Positions 62,612 through 64,000 of a DNA stretch of 64,000 bases are shown here, one piece after another; positions within the stretch are counted from its first letter, which is position 1; each line of letters begins with the position of its first letter. Both the position numbers and the translations under genes were made by a program. This DNA is from Cyanophyceae cyanobacterium. GTDB taxonomy: Bacteria; Cyanobacteriota; Cyanobacteriia; Cyanobacteriales; JBHJGN01. Location: assembly GCA_050331735.1 (NCBI GenBank), contig JBHJGN010000001.1, forward strand, positions 64,001 through 128,000, written 5' to 3'. The notes beneath the pieces are model-generated. The model was not told where the DNA came from, did no database searches, and saw only the letters and a list, made by a program, of their open reading frames with translations.

Positions 62612-64000
62612 TTATTCAGCACTCATCATGGAATCATTATCTTTGATCGAGTGAATTTTCAAAAAGTTTGTCCCTCTCGGTTTCTGTAGCGGACTGCCTC
62701 CTAGAATCAACACTTTGTCGCCCGGTTTGACGATCTGGCGCTCTAGCAAACACGTTTCCATCTGCTCGATCAGCGCCTCCATATCCTCTTGATAATCCTC
62801 AAGCAGCAGCGGCTTGACTCCCCAAATCAGGTTGAGACGATGGTAGACCTCGACGCTGGGGGTAAAAGCGACAACAGGAACCTGCGGACGCTCAGAAGAA
62901 GCAATGGTGGCGGTGTAGCCAGTGGTGGTAAAGCAGGCAATGCACCGTAAATCGAGCGTTTTGTCAATTGCATTCAACGCTTCACTCAGAGCATGGGTAT
63001 CGTCGGCGGTGGCTGGCGGATTATTGACAAATTCGATGTCGCTCTCCACATCGGTGGCAATTTTGGCAAGCATCTGCACTGCTTTGACCGGAAACTCGCC
63101 CACCGCTGACTCTCCAGACAGCATCACCGCATCGGTCCCGTCGATAATCGCATTGGCCACGTCGCTGGCTTCAGCGCGAGTGGGACGAGGACTGCGGATC
63201 ATGCTATCTAGCATTTGCGTAGCGGTGATCGTCGGAATCGATCTGAGGTTGCACAGCCGAATAATTTGCTTTTGCAGCATTGGCACTTTCTCGGGACTCA
63301 TTTCCACCCCTAAGTCGCCTCGCGCCACCATCAGCGCATCGCATTCCTCTAAGATCTCCTCGATGTTGGCGATCGCCTGGGGTTTTTCAATCTTGGCCAA
63401 CACTGGCATATCTGGGGCTCCCATTTGCGCCAGGAGTTCTTTAAGGAGCCGCAGATCTTCTGCTCGGCGCACAAAACTCAACGACACCAAATCGACTCCT
63501 TGAGAGAGTCCAAATTCTAAATCCTGCTTGTCCTTCTCCGTCATCGAAGGCAGGCGGAGATCTAAGCTCGGTAAATTTACGCCTTTACGACTCTTTAGAA
63601 TCCCTCCTTGAACGACTCGACAGACCACAGCCTCTTGCTGAATCTTTTCAACAGCTAGCTCCAGCAGTCCGTCATCGAGAAGAATCTGCGTTCCTGGTTG
63701 AGCATCCTGCGCTAGATACGGATAATCAAGGGCGATCGCATCGCGATGATGTTCAAAGTCTGGCGGCACTAAGGTGATGGTGTTTGCCTCAGTTAGCCTG
63801 ATTTCTCCTTGAGGAAGCTGACCAATGCGAATTTTTGGCCCCTGAAGATCCTGAAGCAGAGTAATGGGAGTATCCAACTCTGCTGAGACAGACCGCAGTA
63901 ACGATACCATCCGCGCGTGGTCCTCATAGCTGCCGTGAGAAAAGTTCAGTCGTGCTACGCTCATTCCAGCCCTGACCATTTGATGCAGCACTTCTGGAGA
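62612..64000 (-). CDS. pyk: Pyruvate kinase (N-terminus beyond the right edge)
   Basis: [38 protein letters not shown]. Confidence 0.96.
   Translation of the reverse strand, partial: SPEVLHQMVRAGMSVARLNFSHGSYEDHARMVSLLRSVSAELDTPITLLQDLQGPKIRIGQLPQGEIRLTEANTITLVPPDFEHHRDAIALDYPYLAQDAQPGTQILLDDGLLELAVEKIQQEAVVCRVVQGGILKSRKGVNLPSLDLRLPSMTEKDKQDLEFGLSQGVDLVSLSFVRRAEDLRLLKELLAQMGAPDMPVLAKIEKPQAIANIEEILEECDALMVARGDLGVEMSPEKVPMLQKQIIRLCNLRSIPTITATQMLDSMIRSPRPTRAEASDVANAIIDGTDAVMLSGESAVGEFPVKAVQMLAKIATDVESDIEFVNNPPATADDTHALSEALNAIDKTLDLRCIACFTTTGYTATIASSERPQVPVVAFTPSVEVYHRLNLIWGVKPLLLEDYQEDMEALIEQMETCLLERQIVKPGDKVLILGGSPLQKPRGTNFLKIHSIKDNDSMMSAE

Overview
Cyanobacterial chromosomal window: the HIP1 octamer GCGATCGC is frequent, and ndhV-, cruE-, group 2 sigma- and Uma2-type genes are present. 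Most of 1-47.5 kb and 60.9-64 kb is housekeeping (spkA-like kinase, anmK, priA, sigE-like sigma factor, serA, prmA, recG, tsf, rpsB, murQ, era, typA, coaE, argS, pgm, pyk). The main feature is a ~13 kb accessory island between argS and pgm. It holds five Uma2 genes and an operon encoding an EAD1-trypsin protease, a small membrane protein, an EAD1-VMAP-C protein, a MoxR AAA+ ATPase and a vWA-CLec(FGE-fold) protein, which matches a MoxR/vWA ternary conflict system. Two further stand-alone CLec genes flank the operon. All three CLec genes end in variable regions with the codon pattern of diversity-generating retroelement (DGR) adenine mutagenesis, and a truncated avd follows the main target. No RT or template repeat is in the window. 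Other oddities are a non-coding IS200/IS605 derivative with a likely omega-RNA between the typA stop codon and its terminator, a 45-nt palindrome inserted in-frame in a Uma2 gene, and an orphan Hpt-less CheA with two receiver domains and a frameshifted N-terminal membrane anchor. All family assignments are from motif recognition by eye; no database searches were run.
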